From: Hydrolagus affinis
Taxonomy: Eukaryota
NCBI GenBank assembly: GCA_012026655.1
Contig: JAAILG010000206.1
Coordinates: 62,001 to 126,000 of the forward strand
Length of the DNA stretch: 64,000 bases
Reading direction: 5' to 3'
Below, piece after piece: positions 40,598 through 54,600 of this stretch (positions are counted from its first letter, which is position 1; each line of letters starts with the position of its first letter). The translations under genes and the position numbers were made by a program. The notes under the pieces were generated by a model. That model ran no database searches, was not told where the DNA came from, and saw only the letters and a program-made list of their open reading frames with translations.

Positions 40598-41489
40598 CTG
40601 GAACAAAAAAAGAAAATCAGGTAATGATTTTATTTGCAGTTTTATTGCACTGTACTCTTGAGTGAAATGGATTAAATCAAGGAAAATTGTACGATGTCAA
40701 ACTTTGAAGTCTGCAAAATGCTTCCACTTGTCTAAAATCATAGGTTTGCCACAGGCTTAAATTTTCCTGCAACTGTTAATTATGTAATGTACCATGCACA
40801 CAGCCAGTTATTCAACCGAAGAAGTGGAGGAACTAAGCCAGATTAGCCAGATTGGAATGCAGACACCTGTAAAACCTCAGGTGAAATTAGTCTTTCAGAG
40901 AAAAGGGAATGCTGAGCGTTTTATAAGGTGTTTATTTTGTGTGAATGAATTGGCTATTAGATTCACTGGGCTGAATTTTACTTCCATTCAGATCAATTTC
41001 ATTAAGATAAGGTAAAAATAGTGTAATACATCCGATATATATCACTTTTTAAAATTAGTTTTGAAACATCTTGTAAAATGCATGCCTCCTTAACTCTTTC
41101 CCAGACGCACTTTACCACATACAGTAATCACAGACAGAATTATTAATAGTTAGCGTAGAGGAGTCTGGAAAATTGGCTGGACCATTGATGATCCCCTGAT
41201 GTGTGTGAGACATTGTCCAGACTAAACATCAGTAACAGTAGAGGTGGTCAGCTCCATAAAGCTATCATGCATCCAGCACAGCAACCCCCACTTAATTCAT
41301 TACGTATATTAATTTCATGTTTCCCACAGGGCAAACCTAAAGACTTCCTGTATGTGATTTCTCTCTCTCATTTTACTGGTTGGCCATTGTAATTACAGTA
41401 CATGCAAGAGCAAGATTGTCTATTTAGAAGCTAGTTTAACTATCAATTATTCCAATAGAGAAGGCATTCCAAAGAGCACGCCAACTTCC

Positions 41490-41607
41490 GACCGTTTCAT
41501 CCAGAAAATATACAATCAATTCACTTTACAGTATATTGTGTGAAGGCACTTTGAGACGTCTCGAAGAGGTGATAAGATGCTGTATCAAGTGCGAGGATTA
41601 TTTTTAT
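41490..41607 (+). mobile_element. SINE 3' tail fragment
   Basis: caattcactttacagtatattgtgtgaag...gtatcaagtgcgaggattatt. Confidence 0.65.
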
Positions 41608-43172
41608 TCAATATTGTTAACCTTAATGCCTAAACTTAGAGTGTTAGGATACAAGATACAGGAGCAAATGGAAGCAGATTAAGGTTCTTCTTTTCAATTA
41701 CAGAAGTCAGATTTAATGTCAACTTTGAATCTTTCAGACTGGTTAAAGAAAACTTTAAATGTATTCTTTCCCACAAGAAGAAACAACAGTGTCTTTCAAG
41801 AGCTGATGTAGTTCACGTGCAAACTTTTTTGCAAGTCTATCTACAGGTACATCGGGGTTAAAATCAGAATTTAGTGACAATTTTTATGCCCCAGGGATCC
41901 AAACTGTCAGGAATTAAAGATTTGCATACATCATAAGTGAATTTGACTCCACTTGTTATAACAGAAAACACTTGAACAGCTCTGTATTTCTTTGCCTTCC
42001 ATTCCACATTCTTCTCTCAAAGTTGTTCAGCAATATGTTAACTGCAGTGTCCTATGATTCTAAAATTCTATTGTTATTCCAGTAACAGGTAGAATCCGTT
42101 ACTGTTGGAAATTGTGTCCTTTCACCATCAGTTTCCACCTTTTCCTTTTTTTGTTTCTATTGGCCAGCCAGGTGTCTGACACGTGTGAAAACCCATCACC
42201 ATATTTAGAAACTAGATGGAGAGTACCACATATCTATGTCAACTATGCATGGAAATTTCCCAGTGTCTGCAATACATCTCTCTCTGGGGGATTGCACTTT
42301 ATCTACCTAATTCCAAAAATGATTAGTTGCAGGCTGGCGAGAGCCAAGACTTGGGGACCCTGGGGTGTGCGTGGTGATATTGCTGGAGTTTAGTAGCTGA
42401 ATCATCTAACACTGCTGTTTTCCATGGCTCAAATGGGAACGGGAATGACTGACAACAACACTTCTTCCTTTCCTTACTGCCAAACTTGTTGCAAGGGATG
42501 GTCACCACAACACTAGAATATTGCCAGGCATTTAATTGAATATCTTAGTCAATAATTATTTGCAGCTAGTTCAGTGTGGTCGGTAGGTGAATGTACTACA
42601 GGCAGAAACATGTCCAGGCAGCAATGACCTGTCAGGAGGCTTATCCAGGTGATTGTGCCTTAGGAAGGAAACAGAATTGTGATCCTAAAATACTGATCTC
42701 AACAGTCTGGCCTTGAGTAGGATTTGATATGACTGGCCTCAAGTAAATTACATTACATTATAGTTAATCCCAATGATTTTCTTGAGAGACTTCTTGATTT
42801 TATGTGTAATATCAGAGTGATTCTTAAATGGAATCTATCACAACAATAATACTCCACACTCAATAGTTTGAATACTTAGAGTGACATGGCAAAAGGTGAA
42901 TCAAACCAACACAGTATTAGGATTGATATAGAATAAACTACAATCACTGGAGGTATCTCCCTCTGCCATACTCGACTTGTTTCCAAAACTCTTTCACTTT
43001 TTTCAGTAAGAGTTCTCAACAATGAACATTCATTTGTAGACAGTGGAGTTGCAAAAAAAAGTAATGATACCATTACATCATTACACCAAGAATCCCAGTA
43101 ACCTTGCAGTCAGATAGGAAGAAACTGGCCAGCAGGCAATTACAATCTCTGTAGCTTTAGAATTCATGGCAA

Positions 43173-43637
43173 CAATAATAATCCTTGCATTTTGATATAG
43201 TGCCTCTGCCTCAACATGTTTTTGAGACGCCTCAAAGCACTTCACAGAATAAACTGTAAAGTTAATTGACTGTACATTTTCTGGGTGAAACACGGTAGCT
43301 GATTGCACACAGCAGTGTCCCACAAGCAGTCGTGGATTGAATGACGAAATTATTTTCAAACATTTTGGAAGAATTATTATCGCTAGAAAAGCAATCTGCC
43401 AATCAACTAACAACCGAGTTCCTACTTACTGCTAGGTAAACAGAGATGTATAGAGTAAGGAAACTTGCCCATTGTTTTGCCCTGCTAGGAATCAAACCTT
43501 GATCTCTTGCATGCGAGAGATCCTGACCCCTGATTGTTCAGCACCTTGGGACGTCCTCCCGACATGAAATGCACTCTACAAATATAATTTTGTTGTTGTT
43601 GCGAGACGAGTGCTCTAACCTCTGAGCTAGAGGACTC
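43173..43637 (-). mobile_element. Full-length tRNA-Deu SINE with an internal insertion and a plus-strand L2 tail (43519-43599) in its tRNA head
   Basis: Tail at 43173, Deu part at 43290-43345, gagtaaggaaacttgccc at 43453. The head is split by an L2 tail flanked by the direct repeat tgcgaga. Confidence 0.8.
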
Positions 43638-44589
43638 CACAATCAAAGTATGTCTCTGACATCTGGAATAGCCAGGCTGGTATAGTTTAGTGTGCAAAAA
43701 TAGAGCTGTTTGCTTTCCAATTGTCAATATATCTGGAGCTCTACACTCTAGGCAAGTCAAAACTATTCATCTTTACAGCTGAATGCAATTAACAAGTTTA
43801 CAACAAATCTTGCTGGATTCTATCACAGTATACTGACTGAGTCTCTATTTTAATGGTTACATTTGACACACAAAGGTTGTTACATACACAGTTCAAGTCT
43901 GTTATAAACATGTTTAAGATGTCTACAATGGTAGTCTGGAGGTAATTTATGATGAGTTAATTTCTCCCTCCACCAACACCTCAGTATAATCACTAACAAT
44001 CTAAAGCCTAGTAAAGCAGAGTTTAAAAAAATCTTGTTTGAGAATAGAATCGGATTTACAAACTTTGGAGTAATTTGGTGTACTAAATTAGAATATTTTT
44101 GTTGAAAAGCTCCCTCTTTATCTTACTTTTCAAAGGCCACATTCTGTCTATACAGTACTGTGTTTAATATTATAGATTCTGTTTTCAATAAGCTTTGCAA
44201 GTGTAACAAGATTTGTTCACCAATACTGGAACAAAGAAAAATATTGAAACTGTGCAAGATAGTTATTCTTTGATCTGGGGAAATGGCTTTGCTGCTGGGA
44301 GATAGGATTCCTCGGGTTTGTGAAATTGTCAGGCTGTAAACCCTAAATGTATTTTTAATGGAGCTGATCCCATTTCTGTAGTATAGAAAGATCACATTGT
44401 TGGAGCTGGGTGGAAGTTAGGAGACTTCTTAGTTTTAAGTTCTTCCTCAGATAACCTACATTTTGTCCAGAATGGTATATACTAAGATGCATAATACCAA
44501 AGTTGCTCCTTTGATGTCTCCTTTGGTAAAGCCACCTGGAATAAAAGGTGGACATCATACAGTCTTGGGAAATCCCAGTTTTGATCCAT

Positions 44590-44840
44590 GTCCTGTAGCT
44601 CAATGTTTATAGCACTCGCCTTACAAGCAAGAGACCTGGGTTCAATTCCCGGCAGGCCAAAACCTTGGGCAAGTTTCCTTACTCATGTCTGATAATAATT
44701 CCTCAAAAAATACAATAATAAATTGGTCATTTCCATCCACGACTGTTTATGGGACACTGCTGTGCGCAATTGGCTGCCACGTTTCTCCCACCAGAAGACG
44801 TGATAAGGCGCTATATCAAATGCAAGGATTATTCTTATTA
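44590..44840 (+). mobile_element. tRNA-derived Deu-type SINE with an internal deletion
   Basis: gtcctgtagctcaatg...ctgggttcaattccc...gctgtgcgcaattggctgcc...gcgctatatcaaatgcaaggattatt. Confidence 0.85.
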
Positions 44841-47222
44841 TGAGAAGGCAGGTACCTAGTGCAGCTTGACAATGTAGAAAGTCACTGTGTTCTGTGGAGG
44901 TAGAACCCACAGGTTTTTCACACAGCTGTAGCACTGGACCTCAGATGAAGGAGGCTATTTCCTTTTTCCAAGAAAAAGCATTTTGATTGCTTCCACAATT
45001 CTCAAGAGCAACTTTGTCTGGAAAATGCATCTAATCGCTTGTATGGGGAATGGATGAGAGACCAAAGGTAAGAGAGAAAAGAACTTGGCAGATGGCTTGA
45101 AATGACTAATTCAGTACACAGTGCATGTGAAGACTAAACACTGTCGTTTGTCCCCGCTTTTGGCTAATCTGTACCGAGTAAACTGAACTCAGCTGGAACT
45201 GTGGTGAAAGTGGAAAAATTCTGTTTGTTTCTATTCCTGATTGCTCTCCAGTGATATGCTTAAAAATGTGTGCGTATTCTGCTATCCCACAGTTGCATAG
45301 CCTTCTGGCACTCACTGTCTGGCCTCACATGTGAACAAAATACATTTGAGTGGGATACCAGTAGACCACCAGAATCCACAGAATTGCAATCTACGTATTA
45401 AGTTAAACCCTTCAGGAGATGAGGTAACAAAAAAAATTAAGCGTCTGAAATCGCAAGGAAATAAGGGTCATGTCCATTTCTTTTATAAAACTCAGCTCAC
45501 ACATAACCTCAAGTTGACTCAAGTCCCCAAGTCATTTTTTGGCTGAATTGATTGCTTCTGCAAAGGATACATTCAATGAAATTCTTAAAAGAATGTAAAA
45601 CTTTGCTATCGGCAAAAAAATAGCTCAGTTATAAATACCACCCCTTGTCCCATAAATGTAGATAAGATTGGGGTGAATCTAATCAGCAAAGGCAATCAGA
45701 AACAGCAACATATTAAGCATCAGACCATAAGAAAGGAGGCATGTAACAGATGAAGACCATCACATCATCGTTAAAACTCCAGGCCCGAATATCAGATACC
45801 ATATCAGATCCCTGCCAACCTGCACATCCTTTTCGCATCCAGATGAGGAAACGGTCAAACATACTTGTGGCCACCTTGAGACCAGTCAGTGCTTGGACAA
45901 ATGAACTCATTCTTTGCACTTTAGGTCATGAAATTCTTCACAGCTCACACCCTTTAAAAAGTGGTTTTCACCTAAAATGCCTCGGCAGAAAATCAAATGT
46001 AGTCAAGGCTGAAAAACACACACAAACGTACATGAAGTGATCTAATAAATAGCAAAACTCTGAGATACAGCCTTTCACACCTAGCTTTTTTTTTATCTCA
46101 TTGATCGCAAGAGTGTGCTGACACACATACTTGAAAAGTATTTCACCACATAAATATAAATCAAATGAATCATGCGATGTTAATGCCTTATGCTCACTTG
46201 TTTATTTGTACGTATTTCAAATTATTCATTTTTTCCTTAAAAAAAACATGATTACGTCATCTTTACCACAGTACAAAAGCTGTACAACAGAGCAAGCAAA
46301 GCATTTCATTGTGGCGGGTTTGTGACTCTGCACTTTTAATGAAAGCCAGAAGCAACTGAGACAGATGTCTGGAAAGGAATACCCGAGACTGAGCCAAAAT
46401 CACTGGCAGATTTAATCGTGTGCAAAATCAACACCTGCACTTTTGACAAATGTTTGGAAACAATGTGATGCCAGAAATATCATCTCGCACTATAATCACA
46501 AACCTGGTTGGTTTGTGAGAATGGTGATACCAAGCCAATGCCTCAACCTCAGGGTTAATTCGTAATGTGTCATCCTGCATACTTGACCCTATTAAAGAAG
46601 CAGGAGATAGATGATGACAGGAATGCTGTTCAATAGTTGAAAGCCTTTTTTTTTTCCTCTACATGCTACATGAAGAAATCCATTGTATTGTGCTTTATTA
46701 AAAAAAATTGACAAGAGTTGCATTTGCTCACAATTCATGTTGATAGTTATTTGAGATAGTTCCATTATCCATGTAATCCCAGTCAACACAATTGCAGTCA
46801 CACATATTTAGGTTTAATCATTCCTATTTGTCAATTATTTGACACTAAACCACAATTTAAAAAAAAATTATGTCATCTGAAATTCACTTTCAAGTGTGAC
46901 TTGTTGATCCAAAACATGACACATATGTGACACATTTCTCTTTAACATACTTTACTTTCAAGTAGAATAACCCTCAGAACAGACAGAATAGGAAATATTT
47001 TGAAACCCAGGTATTTAAACTGAAAATACTACATGAAAATTCTAGCCTTGAAGAATGTATTTTTCAATAATTTCCTATTTTAGATGCTATCTATTGAAGC
47101 ATTTGATATGCGACTAATGGGGACTATTAAACGTGGCAAATTGGATTTATTTTGTTAATTGTGAATTTCAATTTGCGCATAGCAGATTGTGGAATTCACC
47201 GAAAGATTCACCAATGTTTAAT

Positions 47223-47460
47223 CAACAACAACTCGCATCGATACAGAGCCCTCACGCAGGGTATCATCCCACAGCGCTTAACAATGGCGGAGCACAACGC
47301 CAATCTGGGGGTAGCAGAGGTGACGCAGGAAGGCCTTCAGGCACGATCTGAAGATGGGGAAAGAAGGGGCAAAGCGGAGGGTTAGGGTTCCAGAATTTCG
47401 GGACATAGTGGCTGAAAGGTTGGCCACCAATGGTAGAATGGAGAGCATGGGAGACACAAT
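47223..47460 (-). mobile_element. L2 3' fragment
   Basis: (caa)n tail, atacagagccctcacg, ggttccagaatttcggg...ctgaaagg (antisense of the AFSxxAPxLWN-coding region). Confidence 0.65.
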
Positions 47461-48574
47461 TCCCGAGCTAACACAGTGAGGTTTGCTCTGCTGGTATTTT
47501 TATGGCTTCTGTTGGCTGGGAATTCATGAATTGTCTTTCGTGAATCTTAACATGCATTTCACAAGCTGCTGTTTGCAAAACTATCCAATTTGTGATTGCG
47601 AGCCTACACCCCCACCCCCACCACCCCCATATGTCCTTATTGGAGCCACACACAAAAGGCCATTGTAGTTCATTGGGTGCAGCTGAAAAAATGTTTGCAA
47701 GTGGAGATGAGCACAAACATGACATCTGAGCTCAAACCAATATTTTTCAGGGAGCTGGGAGGCGTTTTGACTGATCTTAGCGTTTCCCAGTTTAGCTGAA
47801 ATTTAGCTCGTTCTTTTCAAACAAGTACAAATCAAAAACAAATCTGCATGTCCCAACTTTGCTTGTCTACAGCTGTGCCCTTGAGAAAAATATTCTTCCC
47901 AGATTCAAAACGTTTGAACTGTGTGTGCACCGCATGTTAAGATTTCTTACTGGAGAATCCTAAGCAGCACACATGAAGTTCTGGATCACACTCTAGCGTA
48001 GAATTTATTTCCGTGAATGGGAAATGTGTTTTTGGAAGCTGTAACGAACAATCTTACACATGAGGGCCCACTTGCCAACAATGAACAATCCAAACCTAGA
48101 TGTGAACCGGGTGAGGGAGACCAGGCACCAGGGTGCGTTTGGAGTGAGAGAACTTGGGAAGACTGGGAATAGTTGTGATAGGAGCATTCAGTGATCCAAG
48201 CTGGGCAAACAGTAGACTGAGCAGAGCTGCGAATGGGGGGGGAAAAAAAGGGGGATAAGAGACCCCACAACAGGAAAGTAGACATTGAGGACAGAAACAT
48301 GGAGGAATGGTCAAGATTTAAGAAACAAAGTGAGGATTGGACCAAAAGTGTGAAGATTCAAAGTACTGAATCAGTGATTGTTTGAAGATTTTATTTTCCC
48401 TTCCATCATAAATCCGAATAAATTAGAATTAAGCAGAATTAAAACAAACCAGTCTTTCATACAGGGGAGTAGATACAAACTGCTCTAAATGTGCAGTTGG
48501 TAGGTCAGCCAATTCTTCCAGGCATTATCCTATCCAGGATCATGTCTATGTTTGGATTGTTCATTGTTGTCAAC

Positions 48575-48645
48575 TGGGCAGCGCCTTGGGATGTCCTCCT
48601 GACGTGAAGGGCGCTCTATAAATGGAATTTTGTTGTTGTTGTTGT
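48575..48645 (+). mobile_element. L2 tail fragment
   Basis: cagcgccttgggatgtcctcctgacgtgaagggcgctctataaatg(ttg)n. Confidence 0.75.
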
Positions 48646-49149
48646 GATCTTTCCCCATTCGAGCTGTTGCGGAGGCTATCCCTGAACTATGTTGATCACA
48701 TGTCTGTAGCCACCAGCCCCTTTCACACAAGATGGTTCTTAACAACGCAACTCGACAATAATGATGAGTGAAGGAAAGCCAGGGACTTCTGCCACCAGAG
48801 ACACCAGCTGTAGCAGAATCCAGATGTTCTGCAAGTGTCCACAAGAAGATAAAAGTGCTTTGGAGCTAAAAGGGAAACATGAATATTACGATGAATGGAT
48901 TTTTAGGATCACAGCTGCACATGCTTAGCTGCCCTTTTTGGTGACCCAGAATTAATGCAGTCAAACAGAAACTATCCAAAGAATTGGATTTTGACAAAAT
49001 ACAAGGGAGTGAAAAAGAAGTGAATTTCTGAATTCACCTACCACTTGCCTCTCCTGCCGAGAAGTGAAAGAGATTATCTGGACTTCACCTGAAGCCATAG
49101 AAATTAGCAATTAAAAAAATTGTAATATGAATGCCATTTGTTTTTAAGT

Positions 49150-49560
49150 AGATTAACTGATGCACACACATTCATCACACAAATCAAATAACAGTTATTT
49201 TCTTCCAGGGAGCAAGTCAAGGCAGATCCTGTGCAACAGCTGTTGGGAGTACATTGCCAACACTTGCCCATCCCCCAACACACCTCATCCAAAGCCTTTA
49301 ACTGTACCAGTACTAACATTTCCAGTTTAACCCACAACTGAAATCCAGCATATAAATAGAGGACAGCAAATTCTCAATTGAACAATCTTTACACATCTAA
49401 ATTGCCTCCATTTTCTTCTAGAAAGATTGGCATCTGCAGAGCATACAACAACAGAACTCTTCACCAGTCCCTTTGGAACCCCCCACTGTATTCTGTTTGA
49501 ACAAAACCATCTGTGCTCAGAATTATCCAAATGCTATAAACCTTCTTAAAAGTCTTTAGC
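49150..49560 (-). mobile_element. Decayed CR1 RT fragment
   Basis: Minus-strand translations give WGVPKG (compare SGVPQG), SADANL (compare FADDTKL) and ALDEVC..GKCWQ (compare DLDRL..W...WQ). Confidence 0.5.
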
Positions 49561-49860
49561 AATTCAACAACAAACAAGACACCAAAGATTCTTTCAGCCA
49601 GAAGCATGAGCTGCAGATTCCCCATCCGACACCGTTATTGTTACTTTACTATCATAACAAAAACTACCAAACCTCTACCACAACAGCATGTCACAATGGT
49701 ATGAAAATCCCTATTAAGTTGGACAAAGCCATTAATGGGATGCTCAAACCAACAAGTCACAACCGGTTTGGCTTTTTACCAATCTCATGCCCATCTTTAG
49801 CTAAATCTCGACCATGCTCTTGTATTGCACGTATCACACATGAAGAATATTGCACTAGAT

Positions 49861-50110
49861 CAGGGCGAAACCTTGGGCAAGTTTCCTTACTCCACACACC
49901 TATCAATAATCCCTCAAATAAAACAATAATAAAATTGGTCATTTCAATCCACGACTGCTTGTGGGACACTGCTGTGCGCAATTGGTTGCTGCGTTTCGCC
50001 CACAAATATAGTCAATTCACTTTACAGTATATTCTGTGAAGCACTTTGGGACATCTAGAAGATATGAAAAGCGCTATATCAAATGCAAGGATTATTATTA
50101 TTATTTATTA
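49861..50110 (+). mobile_element. tRNA-Deu SINE, 5'-truncated
   Basis: cagggcgaaaccttgggcaagtttcc...gctgtgcgcaattggttgc...gcgctatatcaaatgcaagga(tta)n. Confidence 0.85.
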
Positions 50111-50790
50111 TTTCCACATTGCACCTGGTGAGGGGTCTGCAATAATCCAAGGCACCTCTGATGACAGACCACAGACCAGTCACTGGGGGCAGGGATTCTT
50201 CCTGCCCGGCCTCCAAGCTGAAGCAGACACTTGCTGGACAATGCTCTCAATTGCAAAGCTTTGTGGTTCGGCTGGTTTCAGGAGTTCCCCAATGCACACT
50301 CTGGGTTCCCTAAGCCTTAGTTCTTGCCAATCCACACTTAATACGTTCCAGAATTCCCTCCAGGGAGAGAGTATGAATTCCATTCCAAAGACAGAAACGT
50401 TCCATGTTTAGGTGTACCATATATACGTGGAACTCTCTGTCTTGTTTGGATATTCTTAAGCGCGGAGATGGGTTTTCATAGGTGGGACACCCGCCTGACC
50501 CAATTAAAAGTGTGCAATACTCGTATGAGCATAGAGCTTGAAATGTAATGTGTATAGTATATTAACTTACTCTCACAGGAGGAAATGAAACTTTTCCACC
50601 TATAGAACACTCTGTAATTAGGAATTGCTGACTAATTAACTTTGTAACTAAAGAATACACTTAAAACTAAATCAGTAACAACCAAGACTAGGACGGTGAA
50701 AGCCGTATTTATGATGTTTCTGAAACTCAAAGATATTCCATGTTCAAATGTATTCAAAAAGCATTAAAAAAAAGACATGCTGTATGGTGG

Positions 50791-51141
50791 TAGTAATAAT
50801 AATCCTTGCATTTGATATAGTGTTTTTCATGTCTTTTAGGCAACTCAAAGCGCTTCACAGAATATATGATAAAGTGAATTGGTAGCCAATTGTGCATAGC
50901 AGTGTCCCACAAACAGTCGTGGATAGAAATGTCCAAGTTATGACCAGTCACTTCTGTTTTTGTTTCAGATTTCCAGCATCTGTAGTATTTTGTATTTTGA
51001 CCAATTTATTATTGTTTTCTTTGAGGGATTATTATCAGGTGTGTGGAACAAGAAAACTTGTCCAAGGTTTTGCCCTGCCTGCAATTGAACCCAGGTCTCC
51101 CTCTTGTAAGACGAGTGCTCTAACCATTGAGCTACAGGACT
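50791..51141 (-). mobile_element. Near full-length tRNA-Deu SINE
   Basis: The reverse complement begins agtcctgtagctcaatggttagagcactcg (A box) and ctgggttcaattgc (B box), and ends caaatgcaagga(tta)n. Confidence 0.85.
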
Positions 51142-51588
51142 ACAAATGGTATATGGTGCAATCCAGGCTATTTCATCCAACCCATGATTTCATCTTTAAT
51201 CAGAGATAAAATGATGGCCAATGTAGATTATTAATCTTCTCCTAGATTTATTTTAGTGATCAATTGAAAGTACACGTTATCAATAATACCGGAAATAGAG
51301 AAAAAGATACAATGAGGGGTTAATGCAGACTTCTGATGGAATGCTATAATACAAACTTCAAACTACACAAACAGGTTGTTAATAGTGTACATCTGGAGGT
51401 AAGGAATGTGCAAATGTATCTCCTAATGCTCATCTTCATATGCAACTTAACTGGGAAAACTGCAAACAATTGAAAAATTTGGAGAAAATCTGGAATAGTT
51501 AGTTGTCTGGAAGTTACAGATTGTTATATAAAGCCAATTAAATGCCACAACATCACTAGATAAATGATTAAAGGGAATAGTATCTTAC

Positions 51589-51653
51589 CTTGTGCATGTC
51601 CTTGTGCAATTCCGGCAGTCATGCATACTGTAAGCAAGAAAAGGAGGGAGTTC
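51589..51653 (-). CDS. col24a1: col24a1 exon 2, signal peptide core (NSLLFLLTVCMTAGIAQGHAQG)
   Basis: Acceptor ttctctctgcag|, donor AAG|gtaaga, 65 nt, phase 2 to phase 1; encodes a hydrophobic stretch. Confidence 0.92.
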
Positions 51654-54600
51654 CTGCAGAGAAGAAGCACAATGGAGTTTAGTAGATCTTCAAAGTTATT
51701 CTAAGCTCTACCCTCTAGTGCACTGCTAAACGGCAACAAGCATTCACAGTTATGTATGTGGGATAGATTTCAATGGCAATAATCAAACAGAACACCAATA
51801 ATGGATATTAAATTAATTTAGGTGAGCATTATAATGTCTCCCTTGTGTATACATAGTACTGTCCTCTAATCAACGCGGTCTTTGCTAAAAACCAATTATC
51901 CTTTTATATATTCCTAAGAGAAATCTCATTCAAAATTCAATAATAACATCCCAGCATGAGCAACAAGTCAACCAGTGAGTGATTGACTCAAAAATAAAAG
52001 CAAAACCCCAGTAAAATTGAAAACAAACAATAAGTCTTATATGACGTTGTGCCCTTCACAGAGGAGGAAAACAAAATGAACGTTTTGGATCAAAATTGCT
52101 AGTTTATTTCTGATATCCTTGTGTTCCTTCCACACATTTAGATTAGCACTGTTCATTACATTCTGACTGCAACTAACAGTTGGATATGTAAGATTGATAC
52201 ATATAGTCTGTACAAATAATCTCGCTGTTAACATCCTATTATAAATCTTTTACTACTAATAATAATGTTACAAATTATAGGTCTTTTATGATCTTAAATA
52301 CAAGGTAAGAGCAGGAATGCTTCTCGTCTCCTTGCCCTCATTTTGGGACTGAGCCAGGTCTGCTCAGCAAAGCTCAGCGATAGATTTCACCTGCCGGCGG
52401 TCTGATCCTGTTTCCAGATCGGATATTATCATTGGGAGGTAAAGATCACTACCCGCACTCACCTTATTTGAAAAGGAAATTGCACCACATCAAATAAAGA
52501 AGAACAGTTAAAATACGTGCATATAAGAATTTTGTTTCACAGTAGTGTTTTTAGTTCTTTTGCTGGGAAACGCTCATTAAAGCTTCATTAAAATGGTAAA
52601 TCTAATGTTGTAAAATGAAAAGCGTCCTGTTAATTAATGAAGTAGAAGACTGTTGCAATAATTACTTTCATCGATTTGAATGTGCATACTAGTATTGTAG
52701 TAGTCTTTACACATATTTGTTTAGATTAAATGCTTACGCTTTTAGGGTAGCACATTTGAATTCTACTCAGGATAAACAAATTACATTCTGAAACATATTA
52801 ATCACCTGTGTCCATAAGCTCCTTTCTTCTTAAAAAAAAGAGACACATTAAAAAGAGATGTATGGGTTAACCATGAGGGTGTCACTTCAGACGCCCTGAT
52901 AATCAGTGCTACAAATAAGTTACTTGCAAACTGGGAAAGTATGACATAATATTTAGGTTCCTTTCCTTCACATGGATCTATCAATAAAGCTCACACATTT
53001 CTATGCCTAGCACTAACCTTTGAGAATAGATAGTTTCTTTCACTGGAACATCTTTCAATAACAGGCAACAATAAAACCAGAGCCAGAAACCACAAATTCT
53101 ACTTAACCTATAGAGTTCCAGAACCATGTACAGTACTGTTTGTAAATTACAACATAGTAACAAACATACAGTTTACAAAACTATGATATACAGTATTTAT
53201 ACAAAAAAAAAATGACCTACTTTTGAACAAGATTTTCTTGTTAAAATCTAAATTAGTGCAGCTATATATACAGCCCTTCAGTTAAAGCCCTTCACATTAC
53301 CGAACAATTTGATTTATGCATCATATAGTTTACCAAATGTATACAAAACAGCATTAAACACTCCCAAGAATACATTGAAAGACTGATACATTCCTCTAAC
53401 TTATTTTCAGATACAGAATCAAATTAGGTGCATGCTAAGCAAATTGCACTTCATTTATATAGCTATAAATGGACAAATATAATCTTGTACTATAAATATG
53501 CTACTTTAAAATCTCAGAGTTCTAAAATTGATCTTTCTGTCTATAATCAGGAAAGACAGCAATGGTTTTTTTTTTTTACCAGTTCAGATTAAGCTATATG
53601 AAGTAACAAGAAAAAGCCAAGACACAGAATAAGTGCATCCAAACTTTTTATTGCAAACAGCATGCAAAACAGATTTATGGCAAGGTAACAAATCCGCGCC
53701 ATGAAATAACACAACAATAAATTACATGCAAGTTTCACTTAAAGCACATTTAAATATCAACAAAGGGTTTGAAGTGCAACCAATATTTAAATCAGTGCTA
53801 CATCAAGCTTTGTAGATAAAGGTTTTAATATTAAAAATGTGACCACCAAGATTACACTGTGCTGTGAAAAGGTAAATTTCACAAAACTCTTTGCCTATCG
53901 TTTTATTTACCAATGAGCTATGTGGGTCTGCAGAGATAGAGGAATACTAAGTGGTACTGTAGCACCCACTGTAGGAATGGCGATTGAATTGTCATGATAC
54001 ATTCGGCTGAAGATGGTCTTCAGTTGACTCTAAGGAAGTCCAAATCACGCACTGTCGCAAATCCAGGCTGTTTTGCTGGATCATCACAAGTATACTTAGC
54101 ACATGGCAGAGCAGACAGTAATTTAAAAAAAAAAAAAACTAGTTTAGATAAAGCTTATATAAAAGATCAAGAAAAGGTACAAGAGACAGAATCAGTGGAT
54201 CCAAACCTGCACAAAGTAATAGTACCTCTAAGATAAGAACCATATTCTATCTCTTGTTGGCTCGGTGATTGTGCAGACAAGGAATATTAAAGCGCACACG
54301 TGTAAACTTGAAAGCTGATGTGACTCTCATTACCTGCAACTATCCCACAGAGGAATAATATGTCATTAAATTCATGAATTTGGGGCGACCTTTTTAATAT
54401 AAATGACTGCTGCATTTGTGTGCAGAAGCAGTCCCTACATTCAATAATAATATATTGTGAAGTACTGAGACATTTTGACGTTCATAAACTTTCTTTCTCA
54501 TTCTCTTGTCACCTGGACATGTATTTTGTTTTTAAAACAAATCTATTCCCTACAAGGGTATTTGTGTTGCTCTCCAGCCATAACATTTCGTTTGTGATGT

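Noticed and set aside
51060-51141. tRNA gene (also 28160-28230 and 44590-44660)
   Set aside because: The A and B boxes run straight into SINE body and tail sequence, so these are SINE heads.
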